Part shown: positions 37,263-49,179 of the stretch, one piece after another
Layout of the letters: every line of letters begins with the position of its first letter
Position numbering within the stretch: the stretch's first letter is position 1
Origin: Heterodontus francisci
Taxonomy: Eukaryota
DNA: 64,000 nucleotides
Reading direction: 5' to 3'
NCBI RefSeq assembly: GCF_036365525.1
Contig: NC_090399.1
Coordinates: 42,688,430-42,752,429 of the forward strand
The notes under the pieces: model-generated
The model's database searches: none
What the model was told of the DNA's origin: nothing
The model's input: the letters and a program-made list of their open reading frames with translations, nothing else
Program-made: the position numbers and the translations under genes

Positions 37263-37319
37263 CTGAGAGAGAAAAAAAGAGGAATCAGTACAAGAACCTT
37301 GAGGTACTGTGCCCCGGCT

Positions 37320-40300
37320 CCCCATTCACCGAACCCTCGACCCCCACCTTCCCTCACTCCCTCGCCGACCCTCGCCCCCCCCACCTCCCCTCACTCCCTC
37401 GCCACCCACCTCCCCTCACTCCCTCGCCGACCCCCGGCCCCCAATGCCCCACATTCCCTCGCCGACGCTCGGCCCCCGCCTCCCCTCACTCCCTCGCCCC
37501 CCGACTCCCCTCACTCCCTCGTCGACCCTCGCGCCCCACCTCCCCTCGCCGACACTCGCGCCCCCACCTCCCCTCGCTCCCTCGCTGACCCTCGCCCCAC
37601 CACCTCCCCTCGCTCCCTCGCTGACCCTCGCCCAACCACCTCCCCTCGCTCCCTCACCCCCCCACCACCTCCCCTCGCCCCTTGACCACCTCCCCTCACT
37701 CCCTCGCCCCCTCATCACCTCCCCTCGTACCCTCGCGCCCCCCCACCACCTCCCCTCGCTCCCTCACCCCCCACCACCTCGCCTCACTCCCTCGCCTCCC
37801 CTCCCCTCACTCCCTCGCCCCCCCCATCACCTCCCCTCACCCCCTCATCCCCTCGCTCCCTCACCACCTCCCCTCGCTCCCCCCACCACCACCCCTCGCT
37901 CCCTCGCCCCCCCACCACCACCCCTCGCTCCCACACCACCTCCCCTCGCTCCCTCGCGCCCTTCACCACCTCCCCGCGTACCCTCGCGCCCCCCCACCAC
38001 CTCCCCTCGCTCCCCCCCACATCCTCCCCTCGCTCCCTCGACCCCCACTTCTTTCCCTCGATCCCTCCCCCCCCCACATCCTTCCCTTGTGCCCCCCACC
38101 TCCCCTCGCCCCACCGCCGACCATCGCCCCACCGCCGACCATCGCCCCACCGCCGACCATCGCCCCCACCGCCGACCATCGCCCCCACCGCCGACCATCG
38201 CCCCCACCACCTCCCCTCGCTCCCTCGTCCCCACCACCTCCCCTCGCTCCCTCGCCCCCACCACCTCCCCTCGCTCACTCGCCCCCACCACCTCCCCTCG
38301 CTCACTCGCCCCCACCACCTCCCCTCGCGCCCAACACCTCCCCGCCTCCTCCCTTAACCCCACCACCTCCCCTCACTCCCTTGCTCCCCCTACCTCCCCT
38401 CACACCCCCCTCCTCCCCTCACTCCCTCGCCCCCACCGCCTACCCCCGGTCCCTCGCCCCCACCGCCTCCCCCCGATCCCTCGCCCCCACCGTCTTCCCC
38501 CGCTCCCTCGCCCCCACCGCCTCCCCCCGCTCCCACCTCCCTTCGTACCCTCGCCCCCACCAGTTCACCTCACTCCCTCGCCCACTCGCTCCCTCGCCCC
38601 CACCACTTCCCCTCGCTCCCTCGCCCCCAGCACTTCCCCTCACTCCCTCGCCCCCAGCACTTCCCCACTTCCCCTCGCTCCCACTTCCCCTCGCTCCCTC
38701 ACCCTCCCTCGCCCTCGTTCCCTCGCCGACCCTCGCCCCCACCACTTCCCCTCGCTCCCTCGCCGACCCTCGCCCCCCCCCTCGCCCCCACCACTTCCCC
38801 TCGCTCCCTCGCCGACACTCGCCCCCCACGCCCACACCACTTCCCCTCGTTCCCTCGTCCCCACCAACTTCCCCTCGCTCCCTCGCCCCCAACAATTTGC
38901 CCCGCCCCCACCACCTCCCCTCGCTACCTCGCCGACCCTCGCCCCCACCACTTCCCCTCACTCCCTCGCCGACCCTCGCCCCCACCACTTCCCCTCACTC
39001 CCTCGCCCCCACCACTTCCCCTCACTCCCTCGCCCCCACCACTTCCCCTCACTCCCTCGCCCCCACCACTTCCCCTCACTCCCTCGCCCCCACCACTTCC
39101 CCTCACTCCCTCGCCATCCATCGCCCCCACCACTTCCCCTCGCTCCCTCGCCGACCCTCGCACCCCCACCTCCCCTCGCCGACCGTCGCCCCCCCACCTC
39201 CCCTCGCCCTCACCACCTCCCCTCGCTCCCTCGCCCCCACCACCTCCCCTCGCCCCGTCGCCGAAGCTCGCCCCGTCGCCGAAGCTCGCCCCGTCGCCGA
39301 AGCTCGCCCCGTCGCCGAAGCTCGCCCCATCGCCGAAGCTCGCCCCATCGCCGAAGCTCGCCCCATCGCCGAAGCTCGCCCTCCACCTCCCCTCACTCCC
39401 ACCACCTCCCCTCACTCTGTCGCCCCCACCACCTCCCCTCACTCCCTCGCCCTCACCACCTCCCCCCCTCCCTCGCACCCACCTCCTCCCAACACCTCCT
39501 CCCCTCACTCCCTCGCCCCCCCACCTCCCCTCACTCCCTTGCTCCCCCTACCTCCCCTCACACCCCCCACCTCCCCTCACTCCTTCGCTCCCACCGCCTC
39601 CCCCCGGTCCCTCGACCCCACCGCCTCCCCCCGATCCCTCGCCCCCACCGTCTTCCCCAGCTCCCCCGCCCCCACCGCCTCCCCCCGCACCCTCGCCCCC
39701 ACCAATTCCCCTCACTCCCTCGCCCCCACCACTTCCCCTCGCTCCCTCGCTGACCCTCGCCCAACCACCTCCCCTCGCTCCCTCACCCCCCCACCACCTC
39801 CCCTCGCCCCCCCACCACCTCCCCTCACTCCCTCGCCCCCCTCATCACCTCCCCTCGTACCCTCGCGCACCCCCACCACCTCCCCTCGCACCCTCGCGCA
39901 CCCCCACCACCTCCCCTCGCTCCCTCACCCCCCCACCACCTCCCCTCGTTCCCTCGCCCCTCCTCACCCCCTCGCCCCCCCACCACCTCCCCTCGCTCCC
40001 TCGCCCCCCCACCACCTCCCCTCGCCCCCCCACCACCTCCCCTCACTCCCTCGCCCCCCTCATCACCTCCCCTCGTACCCTCGCGCACCCCCACCACCTC
40101 CCCTCGCACCCTCGCGCACCCCCACCACCTCCCCTCGCTCCCTCACCCCCCCACCACCTCCCCTCGCTCCCTCGCCCCCCACCACCTCCCCTCGCTCCCT
40201 CGCCCCCCCACCACCTCCCCTCGTTCCCTCGCCCCTCCTCACCCCCTCCCCTCGTTCCCTCGCCCCCCCACCACCTCCCCTCGTTCCCTCGCCCCTCCTC

Positions 40301-42470
40301 ACCCCCTCGCCCCCCCACCACCTCCCCTCGTACCCTCGCGCCCCCCCACCACCTCCCCTCGTACCCTCGCGCCCCCCCACCACCTCCCCTCGTACCCTCG
40401 CGCCCCCCCACCACCTCCCCTCGCGCCCCCCCACCACCTCCCCTCGCTCCCCCCCACCACCTCCCCTCGCTCCCCCCCACCACCTCCCCTCGCTCCCCCC
40501 CCACCACCTCCCCTCGCTCCCCCCCCACCACCTCCCCTCGCTCCCCCCCCACCACCTCCCCTCGCTCCCCCCCACCACCTCCCCTCGCTCCCCCCCCACC
40601 ACCTCCCCTCGCTCCCTCGCCCCCTCACTTCCTTCCCTCGCTCCCTCGCCCCCCCACATCCTTCCCTCATGCCCCCCACCTTCCCTTGCCCCCCACCACC
40701 CCTTGCACCCTCGCCCACCCAAATCCCCTCGCCCACCCTCGCCCCACCACCACCTCCCCTCGCTCCCTCGCCGACCATCGCCCCACCACCTCCCCTCGCT
40801 CCCTCGCCGACCATCGCCCCACCACCTCCCCTCGCTCCCTCGCCGACCTTCGCCCCACCATCTCCCTTCGCCGACCCTCGCCCCCACCACCTCCCCTCCC
40901 TCACACGCCCCCACCACCCCTCACTCCCTCGCCCCCACCACTTCCCCTCGCTCCCTCGCCGACCCTCGCCCCCCCCTCACCCCCACCACTTCCCCTCACT
41001 CCCTCGCCGACACTCGCCCCCCACGCCCACACCACTTCCCCTCGTTCCCTCGCCCCCAACAATTTGCCCCGCCCCCACCACTTCCCCTTGCTACCTCGCC
41101 GACCCTCGCCCCCACCACTTCCCCTCACTCCCTCGCCGACCCTCGCCCCCACCACTTCCCCTCACTCCCTCGTCCCCACCACTTCCCCTCGCTCCCTCGC
41201 CATCCATCGCCCCCACCACTTCCCCTCGCTCCCTCGCCGACCCTCGCCCCCACCACCTCTCCTCGCTCCCCCACCTTCCCTCATTCCCTCGCCCCCACCA
41301 CTTCCCCTCACTCCCTCGCCGACCCTCGCCCCCACCACCTACCCTCGCTCCCCCACCTTCCCTCGTTCCCTCGCCCCCACCACCTCCCCTCGCTCCCTCG
41401 CCCCCACCACCTCCCCCCCCCTCCGTCGCCCCCACCACCTCCCCCCCCCTCCGTCGCCCCCACCACCTCCCCCCCCCTCCGTCGCCCTCACCACCTCCCC
41501 CCCCTCCGTCGCCCTCCCTTCGCCCCCACCACCTCCCCCCCTCCCTCGCCGACACTCGCCCCCCACGCCCCCACCACTTCCCCCCCCTCCACCACCTCCC
41601 CCCCCTCCGTCGCCCCCACCACCTCCCCCCCCTCCGTCGCCCTCACCACCTCCCCCCCCTCCGTCGCCCTCCCTTCGCCCCCACCACTTCCCCTCGCTCC
41701 CTCGCCGACCCTCGCCCCCACCACTTCCCCTCGCTCCCTCGCCGACACTCGCCCCCCACGCCCCCACCACTTCCCCCCCCTCCCTCGCCCCCCCCACCGC
41801 CTCCCCCCACTCCCTCGCCTCCCCCCACTCCCTCGCCCCCCCCCACCGCCCCCCCCACTCCCTCGCCCCCCCCCCCACCGCCTCCCCCCACTCCCTCGCC
41901 CCCCCCCCCACCGCCTCGCCCCCCCCCCCACCGCCTCCCCCCACTCCCTCGCCCCCCCCCCCACCGCCTCGCCCCCCCCCACCGTCCCCCCCCACCGCCT
42001 CGCCCCCCCCCACCGTCCCCCCCCACCGCCTCCCCCCACTCCCTCGCCCCCCCACCACCGCCTCCCCCCACCGCCTCCCCCCACTCCCTCGCCCCCCCAC
42101 CACCGCCTCCCCCCACTCCCTCGCCCCCCCCCACTCCCTCGCCCCCCCCACCGCCTCCCCCCCACTCCCTCGCCCCCCCACCGCCTCCCCCCACTCCCTC
42201 GCCCCCCCACCACCGCCTCCCCCCACTCCCTCGCCCCCCCACCACCGCCTCCCCCCACTCCCTCGCCCCCCCACCACCGCCTCGCCCCCCCACCACCGCC
42301 CCCCCCCACTCCCTCGCCCCCCCCACTCCCTCGCCCCCCCCCAACCGCCCCCCCCCACTCCCTCGCCCCCCCCCACCACCACCCCCCCCACTCCCTCGCC
42401 CCCCCCCACCACCACCCCCCCCACTCCCTCGCTCGCCCCCCCCCCCCTCACTCCCTCGGCCACCACCTCC
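37320..42470. repeat. C-rich (+) / G-rich (-) minisatellite filling MHC intron 3
   Basis: Variant units ctccctcgcccccaccac(c/t)tcccctc(a/g); embedded 18-bp array ctcgccccRtcgccgaag x7 near 39248-39380. Confidence 0.97.
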
Positions 42471-42476
42471 ACTCAC

Positions 42477-42749
42477 CAACACTCAGTTCTCGCTGTCCGT
42501 ACTGCAGAAATTTCCTCAGCCATTCAAAACACATAACCTCCAGGTTGTGTTTGCATTGCTGTTTGTTAGCGCTGTTCTGGTTCAACTTGCTTTGGATGCC
42601 CTGCGCCCATGGGACCGGAGTCTCCCACACAATGTTATCCTTGTCAAAGTTCATGAAGTCTCGTCCGTCCCATCCCGTCTGAACAAACGCATTCCTGGTC
42701 CCATCATCCCGCAGCTCACAGCCGAGTTGGATCTGGTACGTGTGGATCC
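42477..42749 (-). CDS. MHC class I heavy chain, alpha2 exon
   Basis: gattgacag|GG...GTTG|gtgagt, 273 nt, phase 1-1; GIHTYQIQLGCEL...GWDGRDFMNFDKD...CFEWLRKFLQYG with both canonical cysteines. Confidence 0.97.
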
Positions 42750-42767
42750 CTGTCAATCAGGCGCACA

Positions 42768-42940
42768 CAGCCAATAAAGCAGATCCGACTGGGAGGCCAC
42801 GCCCACTATTGCACAGCCAATCAAAAGCAGTATCACCGGGAGACCCCGCCCACTACGTCAGCCAATGAAAACTGGCCTCACTGGGAGACCCCGCCCACAC
42901 TGCCTGTCCCACATCTCCTGGGGAGCTGCGGCTATTTAAA
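42768..42940 (+). promoter_or_regulatory. Putative antisense promoter module in MHC intron 2 (3 x CCAAT plus GC box, then TATA-like box)
   Basis: CCAAT at 42771, 42817 and 42862; CCACGCCC/CCCCGCCC at 42797, 42844 and 42889; TATTTAAA at 42933-42940. No expression evidence. Confidence 0.5.
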
Positions 42941-43162
42941 GGGCCCCTTTGTATTTTAAGGACATCGCGTTTGCCAGTCTTTGGATAAATGTTCATGAAG
43001 TGATGTGAGGCCGCTCGCTTTGACTGCCGGCTCTGCTCTGGGAGACGGAGCCACGTTTCTTGTTATCCTGGCTCCCGCACTATTCCCGACTTTTCCCCAT
43101 CCCCGCCCGGATCCCTCATCCCACAGAAAGAGGCAGAGTGAGGCGGAAGGGTGAAGACTCAC

Positions 43163-43423
43163 CTTCCGACTGGTTGGACTGGGATGTGAGTATTGGGAGG
43201 TAGATTTTAGAATACATCTCCTGCCTCTGCATGAGCTCTGTCTTCTGCATCCAGGACTCAGGCCCCTCGCTTTCCACCATCCACTGCTCCCGGGGAATCA
43301 ACTGCTTCCGATCGCTGTCGTACATAACAAACTGGACATCGTCAACATAACCAACACCCACAAACTCCGGGAAACCGGGAATCGGAGTCATGCGGGTAGC
43401 GAAATACCGGAGAGAGTGAGAGC
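43163..43423 (-). CDS. MHC class I heavy chain, alpha1 exon
   Basis: tttttcag|GC...GAAG|gtgagt, 261 nt, phase 1-1; GSHSLRYF...PEFVGVGYVDDVQFVMYDS...NQS (N86 glycosylation sequon). Confidence 0.97.
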
Positions 43424-43607
43424 CTGAAAAACAAAGAGAAACATCAGGACACAAACCCCAAAACACCAATATAAGAAATTGTAGTTTTAAGGATATTATT
43501 AAATTACTAGAAATAGTTGTAGGAGAAATGCTGGGACTTTGTCTTCTTAGCAAAGGTTCTTTCTTTCTCGCTCACTTCAAGCAATTCTCCAACTATATGC
43601 TCAAGGT

Positions 43608-46447
43608 AAGAACATAAGAAATAGGAGCAGGAGTAGGCCATTCGGCCCCTCGAGCCTGCTCCACCATTTATTAAGATCATGGCTGATCCGACTGTGGCTT
43701 TAACTCCACTTTCTTGCCACCACCACCCCAGTAACCTTTTGACTCCCTGGAGGATCAAAAATCTATTTCACTCGGCCTCCACTGCTGTCTGGGGAAGAGA
43801 ATTCCAAAGATTAACAATCCTCCGAGAGAAGAAATTCCATCTCATCTCCATCCTAAAAGGGAGACCCTTTATTTTGAATACGTGTCCTCTAGTTCTAGAT
43901 TCCCCCATGAGGAGAAACATCCTTTGAGCATCAGCCCTGTCAAGTCCCTCAGAAACATATGTTTCAATAAGATCACCTAAATCATCTAACTGCAATAAGT
44001 ATAGGCACAACCTGCTCAACCTTTGCTCAGAAGACAAACCCCTCATCCCAGGAATCAACCTAGTGAACCTTCTCTGAACTACTGCCAATGGAGGTATATC
44101 ACTCCCTCAGCAAGGAGGGCAAAATTATACTGAGTAATCTAGGTGCAGTCTCAGCAATGGCCTGTACAATTGTAGCAAGATTGCCCTATATATTCCATCC
44201 TCCTTTCAATAAATAGCAAAATTCCAATTGCCTTCCTAATTACTTACTTACTACTTACATGCTAACTTTTTGGGATTCATGTACAAGAACACCCAGCTCC
44301 CTCTGTACCGCAGCTTTCTGCATTCTCTGTTTTTTCATTCACAGGATGTGGGTGTTGCTGGCTAGACCAGCATTTATTGCGTATCCCTAATTGCCCTTGA
44401 GAAGGCAGTGGTGAGCTGCCTTCTTGAATCGCTGCAGTCCTTGGAGTGTAGGTATGCCAATAGTGCTGTTAGGAAGGACGTTCCAAGATTCTGACCCAGC
44501 GACAGAGAAGGATTGACAATATATTTCCAAGTCAGGATGCTGTGTGGCTTGGAGGGGAAATGCAGCTGGTGGTGTTCTCATGCATCTGTTGCCCTTGTCC
44601 TTCTAGGTGGTAGAGGTCACGGGTTTGGAAGGTGCTGTTGAAGGAGCCTTGGTGATTTGCTGCAATGCATCTTTTAGATGGTGCACACTGCTCCGAATAA
44701 ATAATCTGCTTTTCTATTCTTCCTGCCAAAGTGGCTAATCTCACATTTTCCCACTGTTACAACCAGGTGAGAAAGGTGTCTAGGGGTTTTTTACGGTCTT
44801 CACCTGGTCTTATTATAACAGACTTTAATTTTAAATGCACTGTGTTTTGAGCTTCTCCCTTTGTGAATCCTTGTTCACAGTTTTCCAATTATATGGCAAA
44901 GAAATTTGCATAAACAGGCTTCCTTAGGTGTAAAGAAGAAAAGTGTAATTTATTAAACCTTAAACTGAAACTCTAATATGGTTAATGCTGATGGATACAC
45001 GATGTGTCCACGCCAGCATGCACACACGATACACACATGCAAATAGGGACAGAAAAGAGTAGAAGAAAAATAAAATGGAGAGGTTTGAGGCAGTCTCTAA
45101 AGGGTATTTTTTTGTTACTGTTTCTGTGGCTGCAGCTTGCTGTAGAGTCCTTGATTGTAGACAGCTCTTACTTTTCATTGTAAGAGCTTAAATCTTGTTC
45201 ACTGCAACAGACTTTTCTATCTTGGGATTCAGATGTCTTCAGTGCTTCCGAAGCTGGTGAAAGCGAGATTAGAGCAGGCAGGAGAGGTGTTCTCAGTCCA
45301 GGAGCTAACAGCCTTCTGATTTTCAAACATTCTGTTGGAAACTCTAATTCAAAAATCTCCAACAGTCAGTCAGTCATGTGACCAAACTGTTCTGACCACA
45401 TCTGTTTGTGTATTCGGCCATCTTAGTAGTTATGGAATGCTTCAATGTCTGGTAATCAAAAGTGGATTAAATTGGAGCAGGGAACAGCTCCTTTGTTCTT
45501 TGAAGTACTGTCTGTGGATATGTTAATGTCTCTCTCCAGCCAAAGATTTCAATAGTTTTTTAAAGTAAGTTCTATCTTCACCATCAGCAGTTTAAAATCA
45601 ATGTTCATGCGATGAAATGATTTTTCCTCCTTTCTTGGCAGGTAGGGTTTGCCTGACACCACATTATACTCCATCTGCCAAATTTTTGTCCACTTACTTA
45701 ACTGATCCATATCCCTTTGCAGACACTTTGTCTTCCTCACAACTCACTTTCCTAGCTATCTTTGAATTGTCTGTAAATTTGGCTACAATACACTCACTCC
45801 CTTCATCCGTCATTAATATAGATCGTAAATACTTGAGGCCCCAGCACAGATCCCTGTGGCAATCCACTAGTAACAGTTTGGCAGTCTGAAAATGCCCCAT
45901 TTATCCCGACTATCAATTTCTTATTAGTTAGAAATCCTCTATCTATGCTAATATATTACCCTCAACACCATCAGCTGTTATCTGTTTAGTAACCTTTTAT
46001 GTGGCACCTTATGGAATGACTTTTGGAAATCCAAATACACTAGATCTACTGATTCCCCTTTATCTACCCTGCCTGGTACATCCTTAAACAACTCCAATGA
46101 ATATGTCAAACACAATTTCAGGTTCATAAAACCATGTTGACTCTGCCTGATTTGTATTATGATTTTCTAAATGTCCTACAACTACTTCCTTAATGCCGGA
46201 TTCTAGTATTTTCCCAATAACAGATGTTGGGCTAACCGGCCTACAGTTTCCCACTTTCTGACACCACCCCCACCAAAACTTTCTTGTATAGGGGTGTTAC
46301 ATTTGTAGTTTTCCAATTCGCTGGGACTTTTCCAAAATCTAGGGAATTTTGGAAAGTTACAACCAATGCATCCATTATCTCTGCAGCCACTTACTTAGAG
46401 ATACTAAGATGCAGGCCATCAGGTCCAAGGGACTTGTCAGCCTTTAA
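43608..46447 (-). mobile_element. Old CR1 LINE 3' part, interrupted by a LINE fragment (44326-44692) and a solo LTR
   Basis: VQRRFTRLIPGM, WNSLP and KFTDNSK fragments; the tail ends at aagaacataagaa on +. Confidence 0.88.
44755..45658. mobile_element. Solo LTR (904 bp)
   Basis: TGTTAC...TGACA termini with exact CCAC TSD (44751-44754, 45659-45662); the CR1 sequence resumes across it. Confidence 0.85.
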
Positions 46448-47095
46448 TCAACAGCCAAGATGGATTGTATTTGCCAGTTGATCGTTGTCTAAATTACCTA
46501 GCTGGAGACATAGCTCTGCCAGGCACATGCCTTTGTGTGGAATATACCTGGCCCAATCAGATGGGGCCTCATACCCATATATCTAAATGACTATCTGGTG
46601 AAACTAATGAGATGACTTCAAGGGCTGGGCACTGAAAAAGGTGGGGTTTTCATTACGTACCTGTCTCTGAACAACTGGATAATTGGAATGGGAAGATGTA
46701 ACCAAACGAGTGATTGGAATGGGACAACCACCAGCCCTAAAAATAGAGTATATAAACAAGCTGTTCAAAAGGAAAAAAAGGACAGGTTGAAGGGAGGAGG
46801 CGCTTTAGGGTTGCTCGCTTCCAGTTAACACCCTGATCAGCCTGAAGGGGTGAAAGTGGTTTAAGAGATCGTTACAGTAGGGGGCAGTGGCCAAGCCATT
46901 CTGTCTGTCCAATCCACGAACTGTATGCCTTCTCAGCTGTCAGGGGTCATATGTCTACTATAGCGATTCGGATGATGTGTTGTATTTGAACTGTAACTTC
47001 TCAATAAACTGCATTTAAACCTTTAAACTGAACCACTTGTGACTGCTCAACTCTTCTGAATAATCTGTTACTCGTGATCAAATCTTACGCAATCA
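46448..47095 (+). mobile_element. Probable partial LTR
   Basis: ccaat about 46553, TATATAAA 46749 and AATAAA 47003 in LTR-like order; termini and TSD not resolved. Confidence 0.4.
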
Positions 47096-47626
47096 TCAAA
47101 GAGAGTTCAGAGCATGAACTCCAAAACACCAACCCCACACAGAGAGACACATCAGAACATGACCCCCAAATACCAACCTCACAGAGAGACAGGTATCCGG
47201 GCATGAACCCCAAAACACCAGCCCCACAGAAAAAGAGACATCAGGGCATGAACCCCAAAACACCAGCCCCCCACAGAGAGATATCAGGGCATGAACCCTA
47301 AAACATCAATGCCACACCTCCAAACCCACAAAGAGAGAAAGAGGTGTCCATACCCCACAATCTCCCTCCCCAACCTCCGACCGTGCTCTCTAAGCCTGTG
47401 ATCTCCCTCCCCAAAATCTCACTGGCCTCCCCATCAGAGACTCTGTGAACTCATGTCTCACCTGTTCCTCCTCCAGTCCCCCCACAATCTAACCTAATTT
47501 GGGGGTCATGTCCTGATGTGTCTCTCTGTGTGGGGTTGGTGTTTTGGAGTTTATGCTCTGAACTCTCTTTGATGATTGTGTAAGATTTGATTATGAGTAA
47601 CAGATTATTCAGAAGAGTTGAGTAGT
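47042..47626. repeat. 130-bp inverted repeat (47042-47171 / 47497-47626) enclosing a short minisatellite of about 45 bp
   Basis: The arms are near-exact reverse complements; catgaaccccaaaacaccagcccc units lie at 47110-47320. Confidence 0.92.
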
Positions 47627-47629
47627 GAT

Positions 47630-47922
47630 GGGCGGCGCAGTGGTTAGCACCGCAGCCTCACAGCTCCAGGGACCCGGGTTCGATTCTGGGTACTGCCTGT
47701 GCGGAGTTCTCCCTGTGTCTGTGTGGGATTTCGCTGGGTGCTCCGGTTTCATCCCACATCCAAAGACTTTCAGGTGATAGGTAAATTGGCCGTTGTAAAT
47801 TGCCCCTAGTGTAGGGAGCTGATAGGGAATATGGGATTACTGTAGGGTTAGTGTAAATTGGTCGGCACAGACTCGGTGGGCCGAAGGGCCTGTTTCAGTG
47901 CTGTATCTTTAAATAAATAAAA
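47630..47922 (+). mobile_element. HE1-type (V-SINE) SINE
   Basis: gggcggcgcagtggttagc...ggttcgattc...gggccgaagggcctgtttcagtgctgtatc(taaa)n. Confidence 0.9.
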
Positions 47923-48109
47923 TTACCTGGAACTTGGTGCACTAACCTTTCAATACATTAAAGGTGATATATAAATATAAATTATTGTTATAATCTGTGT
48001 GGCCTCCTCCTGCAGCATCATCTACAATATGATGAGCTCTGAGACCCAAAATCTGCAGCTTCTTGGAGCTCAGCATTGGAGTGCGGACTGTTAACACCAT
48101 GTGAGGTGG

Positions 48110-49037
48110 GGGAGCTCTTGAATATAACCCCAGAGAATTTTATATCGAAGTTTGCTGTCGACACTAAGTCGGGTGGCTCAGTAAATTGTGTGGACAGGAG
48201 GCAGGAAGTTACAAAGAGACACTGACAGATTAAATGAATGGGCAAAACTATGGAAGATGGAGTTCACTGTGGGGAATATGAGATCATCCACTTTGGGTCT
48301 AAGAAAGATAAATGGGTATATTTTCCATCCGGTGGGAAACTTGAACCTGGGGAGAGCAAATGGAGAAATCATTACAGACCTGTGGACAGGGACAATAAGG
48401 ATTTGGAAAGCTGGCCTTTATCTTGAGGGGACTGCAATACAAAGGGGTGAAAGTTATGTTCCAGTTTATATAAAGCTCTGGTCAGACTCCATCTGGAGTA
48501 ACTGTGTTCAGTTCTGGGCCCCGGACCTCAGGAAGGATAGATTGGTCTTGGGGAGAGAGCAACACAGATTCACCAGAATGATCCTGGGAGTTAGAGGGTT
48601 AAATTACGAGGCCATGTTGTTTAGACTCGGCTTGTATTCTCTCCATTATGGAAGATTGAAGGTGATGTGATCGAGGTGTTTAAAATGTTACAAGGATTTG
48701 ATAGAATCAATATGAAGAAACGATTTCCCCTAGTGGGGGAATCAAGAACGAGGAGACATAATCTTAAAATTAGAGCCAGACTGTTCTGGAGTGAAATCAG
48801 GAAGCACTTCTTCACACAAAGAGCAGTGGAAACCTGGAACTCTCTTCCCCCAAAAGGCTGTGGATACACGGGATCGATTGATGCTTTCAGAGCTGAGATA
48901 GACTTTTGTTGGATCAGTGTCTCGACGGAGATTGAGCAAACGTAGGAAAATAGAGTTGAGACATAGATCAACCATGATCTAATTGAATAATGGAACAGGC
49001 TCAAGGGGCTGAATACTCTACTCCTGTTCTTATGTTC
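48110..49037 (+). mobile_element. Old CR1 LINE 3' fragment
   Basis: LQRDTDRLNEWAKLW, CVQFWAP, FPLVGESRTR and WNSLP fragments; tail ctcctgttcttatgttc. Confidence 0.88.
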
Positions 49038-49179
49038 CTCTCTCTCCATCTCTCCTGCCCCATATCCCTGTCCCTCAGTCCGCTGTCCACACCCTGCTCC
49101 CACCATGGTCTCTCCTTCTCCAGCCCCAGTACCGAGCCTGCTCCCGTCTCCTTCAGACTCCATTACCCACTGAGCAAGG

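Noticed and set aside
37299-42777. Proline-rich extensin/formin-like ORFs up to 1666 aa
   Set aside because: Artefact of the C-rich intron-3 minisatellite; lies between bona fide MHC exons on the opposite strand.
11816-43423. Calling the gene the classical UAA locus or assigning a lineage symbol
   Set aside because: Peptide-anchor residues are mostly lost, and lineage assignment needs a phylogeny I cannot run.
47463-47509. ATG plus GTGAGA donor on the minus strand as MHC leader exon
   Set aside because: In-frame TAG after six codons, not hydrophobic, and overlaps the inverted-repeat arm.
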